Below are positions 24,153-36,899 of a stretch of 64,000 bases of DNA, in pieces. Positions within the stretch are counted from its first letter, which is position 1. Every line of letters starts with the position of its first letter. Source of the stretch: Octopus bimaculoides (taxonomy: Eukaryota); the NCBI RefSeq assembly GCF_001194135.2, contig NC_068993.1:25625583-25689582 (forward strand). The letters are read 5' to 3'. The notes under the pieces were generated by a model. It was given only the letters and a program-made list of their open reading frames with translations, did no database searches and was not told where the DNA came from. Position numbers and translations under genes: made by a program.

Positions 24153-26539
24153 AAATCCCTGAAATAGTGAATCTCCCAAAGTGTAAGTAAACCCCTGCTA
24201 AGCTAGACCGTTCAATCCATAAATATTTAGATTTCCATGTATTATCAACCTTAATGCAGACAAATGTATAAATTGTGGGATGCATGTGTGTGGTATACAA
24301 ATGTAGCCATGATCAAGGTAATCCTTCAGGCACAAAAGTTGTCAAGATGCTATTGCTGTAGGAAATCTCCTTCAAAAGATGCGATAAAATGAAAGATAAA
24401 GTGATCTGTACATTGTCCCTTGTAACCCAAACCTATCTATTTCAAAATATCTGCTGTTGCAGAAAACTAGTTGAGTGATCAGTGACTTGTATCTGTGTAT
24501 TTGTAAGTTTGAACATAGATATAAGCAGATATTTGCTTGTATCTATGGTCAAACTATTAGACAACAATCTGAGTAATCAGTGACACTGCTAGTGTCTGTG
24601 GTCAACAAAGCTGGTGACAACTAATTAAGTGGCCAGTGATACTGCTTTTGTCTGTAGTTAACAGAATTGGAGAGTTAGGTAAGTGGTCAAGGTGTTGCTT
24701 ATTACGTTTATGGTCAAAGTACTTAATGAACAAGTCCATTAAGTTATTATTTTGATGTTAAGACCCGTCTCAGCTCTGATCAAAATGGCTAATGATTCCA
24801 GCAGTGACTACCCCATCTTATTATCAGAGGGAGTATGTCTGGGACTGCATTATTTTATATGCCCTTCCTTTTTAAGATATTTGAATTTGAATTGAGGGAT
24901 ATTAACTACTATTTGTAACAAGTCGAATGCTAACATTCAGATTATCTTGTTGGCTTCATCAACTCTGAGGAAGTAACTGTTGGTGGCTTTGAGAACTGGT
25001 GTTGTGAAAATGATGAATGATTTATTAGTTTTAGAATGCAGTTCCATTCTTCTCAAGGTAAAATCTATTACATGTTATAGAACAAAATCCTAACCAGAGA
25101 AATATTTCTTTCTCCTTTATTTAATGTTACTAAACCTAGAGATCACTACCAGTACACTAAATCCTTATCATTCAGAAAAATAATTTAACATCTCTGTTAA
25201 ATATGTTTACATACATCTACAGTAATTTAATTTAACAGTCTCTCTTTATATATTTTGTAGTGGTCAATTGATTTTTTTTACTGAATTAGTAATATCTTTT
25301 GACAGGAAGAAGTCTGCAGTCACCACATTACAAACATGAAGATTATAGTTCAAATATAAATTACATCAATACATATAGGCCTTTATCTTCAAAACAATAG
25401 AAATTTATCAACCCAAACTAACAGAAACATATTCAATTAAAGACAATTCTGTCAATTTAGCAATGTCTATGTTCAGAGTTGAAAACTTCAGACAATGTGA
25501 AAGACTTCCAGGAATTATAGAAGAAATAAGTATATCATCCTTGTTGAACAAGTTACACTTTATGCTTTTCTTTATACAATCCCCAAGAAATGAAGAATCT
25601 AACCTTTATATGTTTATCATCAGCTCTACAAGAAGGGAAGTAGATGAAATCTTAAATCAATTTTGCTTCCTCTTAGTAAACAAGAAGAGAGGAGGGTTCA
25701 GCACATAGTATTCCTCAGAAACAAAACACCATATCACTGGCACATGATAGCAAGATTTAAAAGAGAATTAAGACGGAAAGAATGGGTTAAATATGTAAAG
25801 AGGTGAAAGATGGGGAATTGAATTTTCATTTTATTTTAGTTATGAAATGTTATAAATTGTGAACGAGAAATAACTTTTGGGAGGAAATTATAAAAGTGGA
25901 AGATTGTGAACTGTATTGGGAGTGGACATTATTAGGAGAATGTGAGGAGAGAAGAATGGTTATAAATAGGGACTGAAATGGAGCCAACAAGTTTGAGGTA
26001 AAATGTAGAATTGATATCCCTTGTTGGAGTAAATGTCAAACAATACACATTTGGTTTTATAGATTCTGGTCACTGAGGACTTTGAGGGGAAAATATATAA
26101 ACACACACGTGCAACAGACCAACACACATACACAATTAGATAAGCAGACAAATAGATATTGTTACACACAGATGAAATGGATGTATATGTGTGTTTGTCA
26201 ATGTTTATATATATATGAGAGATTAAAGAAGTATCAGAGACAAGTGATGGGACAAGCCAAGATGAAATGGAAAAAATGACAAACAACCAGATAGATATGG
26301 ATATACACTGCTAAATATGAATATAGTAGACTTAGGAAAAACTACATATATATATATATACACATATGCATGCATACATGCAGATATATATACACTACAT
26401 ATATACACTGACACATGCATGTAGATGCATATGTGTGCACATATAGATATATATTTAATAGTAATCTATATTTTTGAGATGAGGAATTATGTACATTATT
26501 CACAATGGATGAATAGGTGTCCTCACCTTGTTTGTTGTT

Positions 26540-26585
26540 ACCACATCATTTCAGCTGATGTACTCTCCAGCCTTCATCAGGTGTT
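26540..26585 (-). ncRNA. Minimal type-I hammerhead-like motif, left arm
   Basis: Minus strand AACAC-CTGATGA-A-GGCTG(GAGAGTACAT)CAGCT-GAA-ATGA-T-GTGGT. CUGAUGA and GAAA are intact; the U16.1 position reads A. Confidence 0.6.
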
Positions 26586-26995
26586 CTGATGGAATTTTGA
26601 ACCCAACCCTTTATTTGACTTATGGGGTACTCTGTTCTTATTTCAAAGGTATTCTTTTCTGCTTTTTTTTCCTGTTGACATTATTTTTCAAGTCCCTGCC
26701 TGGGATTGAACTAAGAATCTGAAGGTTTAGTAGCTCATAAGCAATTATAGAGTGAATTTTTGAACTTATAAATATAATATTTTATCTTTTCTTAATACCA
26801 GTTCCCATATTACATTCATATCTGCATGAGGTCTGCTTAAGAGGTTATTGTGTCCTAGCATATGTGCTGCCTCTTTTCATTTTTGTATTTTCCAGTGGTG
26901 TTCACTGTGTATTATTTTAACTTAGGAATACCTTAGGAATGAGAACAGAGTACCCCCATTAGTCAAATAAAGGGCTGGGTTCGAAATTCCAGTAG

Positions 26996-27041
26996 AACAC
27001 CTGATGAAGGCTGGAGAGTACATCAGCCAAAATATTGTGGT
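26996..27041 (+). ncRNA. Minimal type-I hammerhead-like motif, right arm
   Basis: AACAC-CTGATGA-A-GGCTG(GAGAGTACAT)CAGCC-AAA-ATAT-T-GTGGT. Stem II is 5/5 and stem III palindromic (ATAT); G12>A. Confidence 0.6.
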
Positions 27042-28129
27042 AATAACAAACAAGGTGAGGACACTGATCCATCCACTGTAAATAATGTAGATATGTATTT
27101 GTTCATTCATTTTTAATGCCCATTTTTGCATGAGTTAGTTGAATATGTTACTAAGGCAATGGTTTACAACTGAACGCCCTTTTTGTCATTAACCCTTATT
27201 TGCTTTTCAAGTTAAGAGCTCTCTTATTCCACATGGTTTTGAAGGTAAAAAGCAAGCAAATGGTATTTTGACAGAAGTGACATCGTCATCACTGAAGTAA
27301 ATGCAAATGTAAACAAACACTGACACACATACACACACATCCATGGGCACACAGACACATGCAAATATGCAAAAGACACACACATATATATATGTATATA
27401 CACACACACACTCAATTATACAATAGATCTGTTTTAGATAATTTCATCAATTGGTTTCAGAGTGAGAAAAAAACTAACAAATTTTCCAGTTTGTTGACCA
27501 CTTTATGAGAGCCTGCTTCTTTTTCTGACTCATGATTTCTTATATATTTATGTATGTATGTATATTCACATGTGTGCATGCATGTGCATATATGCATATA
27601 TGTCTATGTATACACGCATACTGACATATAAGTATATATATGTATATATACATACATACTTATATGTCAGTACATGTGTATACAGTTATATACATCTGTG
27701 TGCATATGTGTGTTTATGAGTGTGTGTGGTGTATGTTTGTGAGTGTTTGTTTTGTGTTTGTGTGTGTGTGTGTGTAATGTTTGATAGCAGGTAAAAAAAA
27801 AACAACTCAAAACCAATATAAACCAATTAACTTGACAGGGTTTCACACCCCTTCTTACAGGCAGCATCTACCTTGGGCAGCTGATAAGTAAACTGGGTCA
27901 TTCCCTTCTCCCATTTAGCAATAAAATTGTCATACCTGATTCCATCACATGAGTGTGGAGGGGAGATGGGTGTGGTTTCTGGTACATTATTAAATGAGAA
28001 AATAATGGTTGAGGGTGGAGTGAGGCCCTAGCGTGTTACTAAGTTTGGCATCTGAATAGCAGGAGAGACCTACTGGGAAGAATTACAAGTGATTCCTGAT
28101 AATTGGGAAAATGTATAAGAACTTCATTT

Positions 28130-28680
28130 CTATCACCAGTTAACATCATCTGTCTTGCTATCATCAGCCTCCTTCTTCTTGTCCATCATCACTGGCAGCT
28201 GTGTCATTTCCACACAGTTGTTGTGATAATTATGATGTTGATGTTGATGATGATCATTATGATGATCCAGCATCATCATCATCACCAACATTATTACTAC
28301 AACCTTCCTTATTATCATCAGCAACATTATCACTACAACAACCATTATTATCATCATCATCATTAGCATTATCACCACTACCATAGCTACCATCATTATC
28401 AACAACATTATTGTTATCATCACCATTATCATCACCACAAAACTTCCATCATTATCACCAGCATCACTGTTATTATCACAAGTATATCATTTTCATAGTA
28501 AGAAAACTCACCACCATCATGTCAACACTGCCATCACATGAACACTGTTATTACCACTACAAGGACATCAACACTGTTTCCACAATCACCAGAACCACTA
28601 CAACAAACACCAACACCACCACACCAGTACTGCTACTGAAGTACATCTCTACCTTTATCATCACTATCAGATTTAAGGCT
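28130..28680. repeat. Degenerate (CAT)/(CAC)-derived low-complexity tract
   Basis: Directly visible triplet periodicity. Confidence 0.88.
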
Positions 28681-28934
28681 GCAAGTTGGCAGAATCATTA
28701 GCATGCTGGACAAAATACCTACCAATATTTCTTCCAGTTTTTCATTCTGAGTTTGAGTTCTGCCAAGTATTAAAGAATAAACCCTTTTTATATACTTCTA
28801 TGAAGCTTTGCATCGTATTTCAATGAGACAAACCCACCAAAACTGCATCACCTCTTCCTCTTAATCTCCATTCCCTATTTTTCGGATATAGTTGAAAACA
28901 AAGTGAGAGTATCCTTTGACTATAAATATGTGTG

Positions 28935-29215
28935 TACAGGGTGCAATGAGTAAATTGTCACCATTTTATATTTTTAACTTCATGCATGCACATTGTTTGC
29001 TTTTGATTTTTTCAACTACATACCATAGTAGCGTCAGTTGGGCACCATCTGTGAGAAAAACAGCACCAAGATGCAATTCACTCTACCAGAAATTTGGAAA
29101 TGACATGCTGTACTGCTTGGCATTCTTGCCAGAAGCTCCAATATGAACATTTCAGAGTGTCAGGTGTCAATTTGAGTCCCCAGAACATGTACTGAGAGTG
29201 GTAAAAATCAAACAT
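28935..29215 (+). mobile_element. 5' end of a Tc1/mariner element
   Basis: Starts TACAGGGTGCAATGAGTAAATTGTCA, resembling the TIR of 5715-6464. It is followed by a broken N-terminal relic (LPEIWK*HAVLLGILARSSNMNISEC). Confidence 0.55.
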
Positions 29216-29493
29216 TCAGTTTTACTGGGTTTTGAAACTGGATAGTAAAAATTCCTATGATTAGCAGCCACCTACATGTTTAGCAATGAAATAAAATAAT
29301 TTTTTAATTTTTGTGCATATTAGAAAATTTGAACTGGTCTTACGATAGATTATTATCCTTAAATTAGGTATATGCAGCCATTTTATAACTCCCATGAACA
29401 ACTAATTGTTGAGTTTCCTGTTCATCCTGATGAGGGGATCATTGCTTCGATGCACCTTAACTCATAATCGAACCACGGCAGTGAACTCCCAAA

Positions 29494-29724
29494 ATGGCCA
29501 TAGATGTATTTGACTTGATTTTGTGGAAATCTCTTATGCTCCTGAACTCCAACTTTTCTCTTAGAGTAAGAAATTTGCCCAAGTTGTTTTCTAAGATTCT
29601 GAAGGAGAATTTTCCAAAGAATCATAAATACTACAGCATCTGCAATAAATCGTTCATCAAATTTTCTTACTCAATAATGCTGAATTTGACCTCCATTATC
29701 GCATCTATTAATAGAAACAAATAA
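29494..29724 (+). mobile_element. Penelope-like element ORF relic (region between RT and GIY-YIG)
   Basis: NSNFSLRVRNLPKLFSKILKENFPKNHKYYSICNKSFIKFSYSIMLNLTSII resembles the WFNPP..NIGK.F..L...FP..H...KIFN...VK.SYSC..N...II motif of PLEs, as recalled from the family. Confidence 0.55.
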
Positions 29725-29902
29725 TATGCTACTCATTTCATACATGTATATATATCTATTTTTTTTTACCTATTTCAGTCATAAGACTGAGGCCATGCTG
29801 GAGCATCGTCTTGAAGAATTTTAGTTGAATGAATCAACCCCAGGACTTATTTTTTGTAAAACCCGGTACTTATTCCATTGATTTCTTTTGCTGATATATA
29901 TA

Positions 29903-30044
29903 NNNNNNNNNNNNNNNNNNNNNNNNNNNNNNNNNNNNNNNNNNNNNNNNNNNNNNNNNNNNNNNNNNNNNNNNNNNNNNNNNNNNNNNNNNNNNNNNNN
30001 NNNNNNNNNNNNNNNNNNNNNNNNNNNNNNNNNNNNNNNNNNNN
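29903..30044. other. Assembly gap (N run)
   Basis: N bases. Confidence 1.
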
Positions 30045-32089
30045 ATATATATATATATATATATATAGTAATAAACCAAAAAAAGTAATTCCTTCAAAGG
30101 GGTGTGTAAAACATCCAGTTCACTGGTACATCAGTTAAATACTGCATAAATAGGGGTGTAATGCAAATTACAAACAAGAAATTAAATAGAGAGATTCAAT
30201 TGACAATCCAATAATTTAGTTATTCATAACTATAAAAGAAAGTTTGTATGTGTGTGTGTGTGTGTGTGTGTGCATGTTGACTTTGACATATGAGGTATCA
30301 AAAGATTCAGTACTATTTCCACTATCAACTAAACTTCATTTTCATTAACATATTTCCATTACAAAAATTTAAAATTACGATCTTTTCCATAACTTAACTA
30401 TTGTAAGCATTTTATATGACGATGATGATGACGTCACATTTTCTGTATGAGTGTGTACCATAAAAGACACCCGTCATTACGACACATACCTTCTCTCACT
30501 CACTGTACCTCTCTCTCTCTTTCTCTTTCGCACACACACACACACACACACACATCTATTTCATATACACATACATACATCTTATTTTTACGGAATGATC
30601 GAGTGAAATGCAGAATGAGAATATAGACAGAGAGACAAGAGAAAGAATCAGAGACAGAAAACAAGTTTCTATAGGAGAAGATGACAGGGATAGCAGGTGA
30701 GAGTGAAATGCTGATGTTCCATACCCTGTGTATGTTCTATAGTTGAAAGTGAAAGAAAGCCAATAGAAAGTTGACACTATATGTTCTATAGGTGAAGGTG
30801 AAAGACAGATAGCGGGTGAGAGACAGACACTGATGTTTCATACCCTATGAAGTGAAAGAAAACCAGCACAAAAATGATACTGCATGTTCTATAGGTGAAG
30901 GTGAAAGAAAGCAGCACAATTAGAGTGGGAAAGCGGGAGAGAAATGATGTTGTGTCATACAATTTGAAGGCCATTTTCACTTTCGTCCCATGTTTCACGC
31001 GTGCATAGAATTAGGCATTATCTTTCTTTCATTTTCTTATTATAATGTACGGAGACCTGCTGTTAACATATTACAACTTCACTACATTTCCTTTTTTTGG
31101 AATTAAGAAAGGTATACAAAAATAACTTCCTTTGCCACACACACACAGAGTTCTGTATAAATTATGTTATTTTTTGCAGTGCACTAAATTACAGCTCAAA
31201 TCCTATGGAAATTACCTTTTCCAATTCTGTCATTCCTGTTTGTGAGGAGTGTATTTCAAAACTTGATCTTTCATTTAAACTTACAAGGAAGTTATCTCAG
31301 AAGCCCTGTCCTTTACCTATTGTTTCTAGCATGTCTGAGATGACATTTGCATACCCCACCACCACCACCACCACTTATTTCTTTCCTCAATTCACTCACA
31401 TTCCTATGTTTTCCATACAGGAGATTTGCATTTTGCCTGAAAGCGAGTAGCCAATGGGTAGCCAAGGTGGGGAAGGGGCATTTGGTATTTCTTTCAGAAA
31501 AATTAAATTTTCAAAAACAAATTATATTTCACGCATTTTTAATCTCTGTATTTTTCCACATGCATAAAAAGCAAAATTCAAAAAACAGTTAAAAATTAGG
31601 AAATTTTGGTGGGGAGGGGTGGAATTATAATTTTAAAAACAAGATTTCTGGCCAAAATCATATTAACCCCTTTTTATTCCATGAAACAGTACATAGTTTG
31701 TGATCCTTCTTAAGAACATAATTCACTTTCATGCAAATTGTAGCCCCCCCCCCACTTCACTTCTGGACAAACAATAACTTCCATTACACCAGTAATCCAC
31801 TCCACTATATATCAGCTAACAGCATCCATTGTGCTTATCATGACAGAGCATAACCAAATCATTCACAGTTTACCACTTCTTCTCAAAATAACAGTATACA
31901 AATTGACACATGACTTTTCCCCCATCTTTTCATTTGTTACTAAAACATCAAATTATACAATGGACAACTTCAAATTGCTATGTCTTCCATTTTATATGTT
32001 CCTTAATCGTTTTCTCTTTTCAGCCATGCCACCAAAATGAAGACATTCTCATTTATCTTCACAAACAAAGACCGCAAAGAAAACTGCTT

Positions 32090-33210
32090 CTATTTGTGCT
32101 CAAGAAAACTCACTTCAGCGATGCCAAAATGTGTAATATTTGAAAATGATCAGACGACAGAAGTTCTGCTCTAAACTACACTTATTGTCTGGGATGAATG
32201 CACGATGGCACACTGTGGTGCACTAGAAGCCCAAGATAGGTCACTAAGGGATATTAGAAACAATACTACCGTTGGAGGGGGAGGCTTAACTGTTATCCTC
32301 ACAGGGGAACAGGGGATTTCCGTCAAATATTACCAGTCATACCATGGGGTACACAAGCTGACGACATCTATGTGTGTCTGAAGTTTTCACCTCTGTTAAG
32401 GTTTGTTCGTCAGCTTTCATTAAGCAACAATATGCGAGCTCATCTCCACAACGACCCCTTAGCTGTGGAATTCTTTCATCAACTTCTACAAATTGGAAAT
32501 GGCGTTTTACCATTGAATAACAACCTGCAACAGTATATACTGCAATGTGGGCACATGGTGTCTACATTGGCCGAGCTTAAATAAATGGTATTTTGCACAT
32601 TGCAAGATAACTTCAAAAACATAGCATGATTCACAGAGAGAGCTATTTTAGCACCTCGGAACGAAAGCATTGATAGAGTAATCCATGAACTCCTCCACAT
32701 TCTACCTGGAGATGCTTTAACGTTTGTTTCCATTGATACCACCATCGACGAACATGTCACTGTTGACTATCCAGTTGAATTTCTCAACTCTCTACAACCC
32801 ACAAGACTGCCACCCATTAGTTTTTCTTAAAGAAAGGTGCACCGACCCACCACAACTATGCAATGGTACAAGATTGACTGTAACTACAATGACAAGTCAT
32901 GTCCTACAAGCAACCATTATTGCCAGCTGTCATCGAGGAGAGATCGCATACATTCCCCGCATGCCCCTTATTCACTCAAATGTGTCATTTCAATTCAAGC
33001 GCCTCTGGTTCCCAGTGTAACTATGCTTTGTTATTACAATCAACAAAGCCCAGGGTCAAACTTTAAAAATTGTGGGTTTCAATTTACAAATACTCTGCTT
33101 TTCTCATGGACAACTATATATCACATGCTCTTGAGTTAGCGGTGTAGTGTATATTATTCTATCAATACTAGGCTTACACAAAACATAGTTTACCCAGAAG
33201 CATTGTCAGT
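32090..33210 (+). mobile_element. Helitron PIF1-type helicase pseudogene
   Basis: Frameshifted but colinear motifs: LIVWDECTMAH, GDFRQILPV, LSNNMR, LLQIGNG, ERAILAPRN, YPVEFLNSL, LCNGTRL, IPRMP..FQFKRL.FPV, TINKAQGQT, FSHGQLY, NIVYPEAL. Confidence 0.92.
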
Positions 33211-33829
33211 TTCACTTAACATATATAGAGGTGTGCAGTCTGCCCAAACATTAGAGATGATGCTTTTCATAATGAAGCAGCTTTCTTTCCAATACGGATA
33301 CCTCTACATCCTCATACATCATCCAGTTCCTTAAATCCACCAGTCTAGGTAATTCTGGGGGCAATATTAGGATTTCTTTCTAATCTAAGCTGCCATTCTA
33401 CATGTTTTTGGCGTCAACAGTTTCAACATTGATCGTGTTTCTAAAGAAGAGTTGTTTGCTTCACACTCCTCGTGTGCTGATTCTACCCATAAGAAAGAAA
33501 CAGATAATACAATGTGGCTGTAGGTCATTACACCCGGGCAACACCAGGATGCTTTGCTAGTAATATAACATAATACACTATCAATATAATACAATATATG
33601 ATAACATAAAAAATTATTAAAAAACCAAAAAAGCCAAAATTTGTTTCGACATATACATTATTTGATTTATAAACTATTCATATACATTTATATAGGTCTC
33701 TTCAGAGCTTTGGTTTAAAGACAGATGAAATTCTGTGTGAAAGGATGGCTAGATTGTTATCTTATATTATACTAGCAGAGATACTCAGCCTTGCTCGGGA
33801 TTAAAATGGCATAGTTTTTTTTATTGTTC

Positions 33830-34035
33830 TACTTGTTTTAGTCATGTGACTGCGGCCATGCTAGAGTCGAAAAAATCGACCACCGGATTTATTCTTTGTA
33901 AGCCTAGTACTTTTTCTATCAGTGTCTTTTGCTAAACTGCTAAGTTATGGAAATGTAAACACAGCAACATCGGTTGCCAAGCAATGGTGGGGGTACAAAC
34001 ACAGACACACACACATATATACACATATATATGAC
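33830..34035 (-). mobile_element. SINE family B 3' half
   Basis: Homologous to the tail of 23507-23940. Confidence 0.8.
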
Positions 34036-34061
34036 AGTCTTCTTTCTACACACATATATAA

Positions 34062-34150
<89 letters not shown>

Positions 34151-34267
34151 TGTACATACATATACATATATATATGCATATATGCACACATATATGTACA
34201 TACATATACATATATATATATGCATATACACACATATATATACATACACATATATAAACATATGGTG

Positions 34268-34470
34268 ACATTCGTGCGGGTGACACGTAAAAGCACCCAC
34301 TACACTCTCTGAGTGGTTGGCGTTAGGAAGGGCATCCAGCTGTAGAAACTCTGCCAAATCAGACTGGAGCCTTGTGTTGCCATCCGGTTTCACCAGTCCT
34401 CAGTCAAATCGTCCAACCCATGCTAGCATGGAAAGCGGACGTTAAACGACGATGATGATGATGATGATGA
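34268..34470 (+). mobile_element. Short young RTE-like LINE 3' end with (GAT)n tail
   Basis: About 97% identical to the reverse complement of 55404-55615. Confidence 0.9.
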
Positions 34471-34534
34471 TATATATATATATATACACATATATACATA
34501 CATATATATATAAATATATGTATGTATAATATAT

Positions 34535-34647
34535 NNNNNNNNNNNNNNNNNNNNNNNNNNNNNNNNNNNNNNNNNNNNNNNNNNNNNNNNNNNNNNNNNN
34601 NNNNNNNNNNNNNNNNNNNNNNNNNNNNNNNNNNNNNNNNNNNNNNN
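34535..34647. other. Assembly gap (N run)
   Basis: N bases. Confidence 1.
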
Positions 34648-35274
34648 TATATATGTATATACATACGTATATATGTATATATATACGTACATCATGATGA
34701 TGATGATGATGTACATACATATACAAACATGTGTATAAATATGTATTGAAAATAATAGAAATGAAACTAATACATATAGATACATAATGAAAGTAATTGA
34801 AATTGAAACCATAAAATAGTGAAAGTTTTAATAGAGAAGTTACTGTTTCACTTTTGACACATAATACGGAAACAGTGTAAGAGATAAGAGATTGCTCTGG
34901 GCTCGCATTAGGCAAGAAGTTTTAAATTTTGGGGGACCCATGACACTGCATGGACCCTAAGTAAAGCATGTGTAAAATTTAAATGAAATCCGCTGGGTAG
35001 TTCTCCAGTTTTAGTGATGCAGACAGACAGACAGACACACATATTCTCAGTTTTATATATATAGATTATTTTCATAGTATATTATGTCATATTATAATAT
35101 AAATGAATTATTGGAATGCCAATTGAATCTCTATTTACGTTATTGTTTATATATGTGTATATATATATATATGTGTATATGCATATGTATATATATGCAT
35201 ACACATAAATGTATTTATATATATGTATATATATATATATGTATATATGTATATATGTATGTATATATATATAC

Positions 35275-35328
<54 letters not shown>

Positions 35329-35479
35329 ATATGTAATGATGTATTAAAAAGAATTAACAGTGCAGGGCTACAAATCGTCAGAGATCTAGCTATAGATGAT
35401 AGAACCAAACCCTACATCCCTCAAAAGCCCTGGGTTATGCTTAAGGACCAGAAATATAATTTTCTTATCGACCCCTCAG

Positions 35480-36240
35480 TTAGAGGAGGGAAGGAGATAG
35501 AGTTTAAAAGATGGAGAGCATGGTTAGTGTCGTGGATGTGGGAGGGGAGGGAAGCCACTAGGTGGGCAAGGACACAGGTGAAGTATTTCGAGATCAATTC
35601 CATGGGGCAGTTACAGGCGGAGACAATGGGGCAAACCAGGGTTGTTGGGCTTGTGGATTTTGGGAAGGAAGGAAATGGTGGGAGTGCATGGAGTGCGGAG
35701 AATGAAGTTGGAGGGAGGTGAGGGAGAGGGAGGGAGATGGGAGAAGGAGATGAGGTCATGGATAGTGGAGGACACAGTCTGTTGGTAGCTAGGCATGGGG
35801 TTGGAGGTCAGAGGGCAATAGAAGGAGGTGACTTGAAGTTGGCGGAAAGCTTCAGCCTTGCAGAGGTCTGTGCACCTCACCACCAGGGCTCCACCCTTGT
35901 CAGCCTGTTTTACGATGATGTCTTTGTGGTACCAGAGATATTGAAAGGCTGAGAGTTCAGCCGGGGAGGTGTTGAGATGTCAGGAATGCCTGTGAAAGTT
36001 AAACCGGTCCACAACACATTGGCAGACGCTTGCAAAATGAGTGACTGCTTGGAACTGGCCAGGAGCTGGCATCCGGTGGGATGGTCAGTGGCCCAGGTCG
36101 GTGAAGCAGTTCTCTTCATTAGATGCAGGTGGAGTATTGTGGAATAGTGCATATAGCCTGACATGGCACACAAAGCTATAAATATCAGCATGGGTCTGAA
36201 ATTCGTTACTGGATGGAATGAAGGGGATGAAGCGCAGGAT
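35480..36240 (-). mobile_element. Penelope-like reverse transcriptase pseudogene (N-terminal part)
   Basis: DIIVKQADKGGALVV...EAFRQL...FLPKIHKPNNPG...PIVSACNCPMELISKY...LPSHIHDT across frameshifts, which are hallmark PLE RT motifs. Confidence 0.9.
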
Positions 36241-36899
36241 AGATGTATGTATATATATAGATGGATAGATTGATATATAGATATATACATATAGATATAT
36301 AGATATCTATGCATTTAGGTGTGTGTGTGTGTGAAACACTTTGAGAACAAGAAAGATGTCAAGAAAGAATATTATAAAACCCCTCAAGTAATATAGTAAT
36401 CAAGATGGGGGAAAGTAAAACATTTTTATTTCTTTATATAATCTTTCTAATTTAGAATATTTTCTTTTTTGAAGTCTTGCTGGTGTTTCTTACTGTATAT
36501 TTAGAAACGTATTTTTAAGGATGTGAGAATCTTGTTTTCTCTTTAATCCAATTTAAACTTTGTATTACATAGAACTGGAAAATATCAAGTAAAATCTAGA
36601 ATTTTCTTTTATTTTGGTTACTAACCACAGACTACAAGACCAGCGCCTAACTTTGACTTCTGTGAAATGTGATGCAAGATAAATCTCGTCATAGGCACTG
36701 TACATGAATATTATTGGTAAGCTTTCTCTATGGCTAGAAAGATAAAGTTACCACTCAAAGACATAATAAAATCTCTTATTTGATGATTACCAACAAATGC
36801 TTGGTTATATTTATTGTGGAAACAAACAATAGTAAAATGGTTTCATCTTTACTTCAAGCATAGGTCATTGACACCAAGTCTCTGGTGCAGAAGAAGCAA

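Larger units (their letters stand above)
26492..27089. repeat. Divergent inverted pair of a PLE-type terminal repeat (26492-26654 and 26926-27089)
   Basis: Arms of about 163 bp, about 85% identical, with a 271-bp spacer. Each arm carries a hammerhead-like motif. Confidence 0.88.
33772..35065 (-). mobile_element. Non-autonomous Helitron carrying nested SINE B tail, RTE tail and microsatellites
   Basis: Minus strand begins A|TCTATATATATAAAACTGAG (35065) and ends with a decayed GC hairpin + CTAG|T (33772). Internal block 34870-34960 is homologous to 63085-63170. Confidence 0.65.

Noticed and set aside
25440-25830. Possible Tx1-like LINE C-terminal relic
   Set aside because: Only a faint resemblance (KRIKTERMG..KDGELNF); too degraded to support.
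29427-29452. CTGATGA-GGGG..CTTC-GATG next to a PLE relic, a possible hammerhead
   Set aside because: GAAA is replaced by GATG, stem II needs two G-U pairs, and stems I and III are absent.
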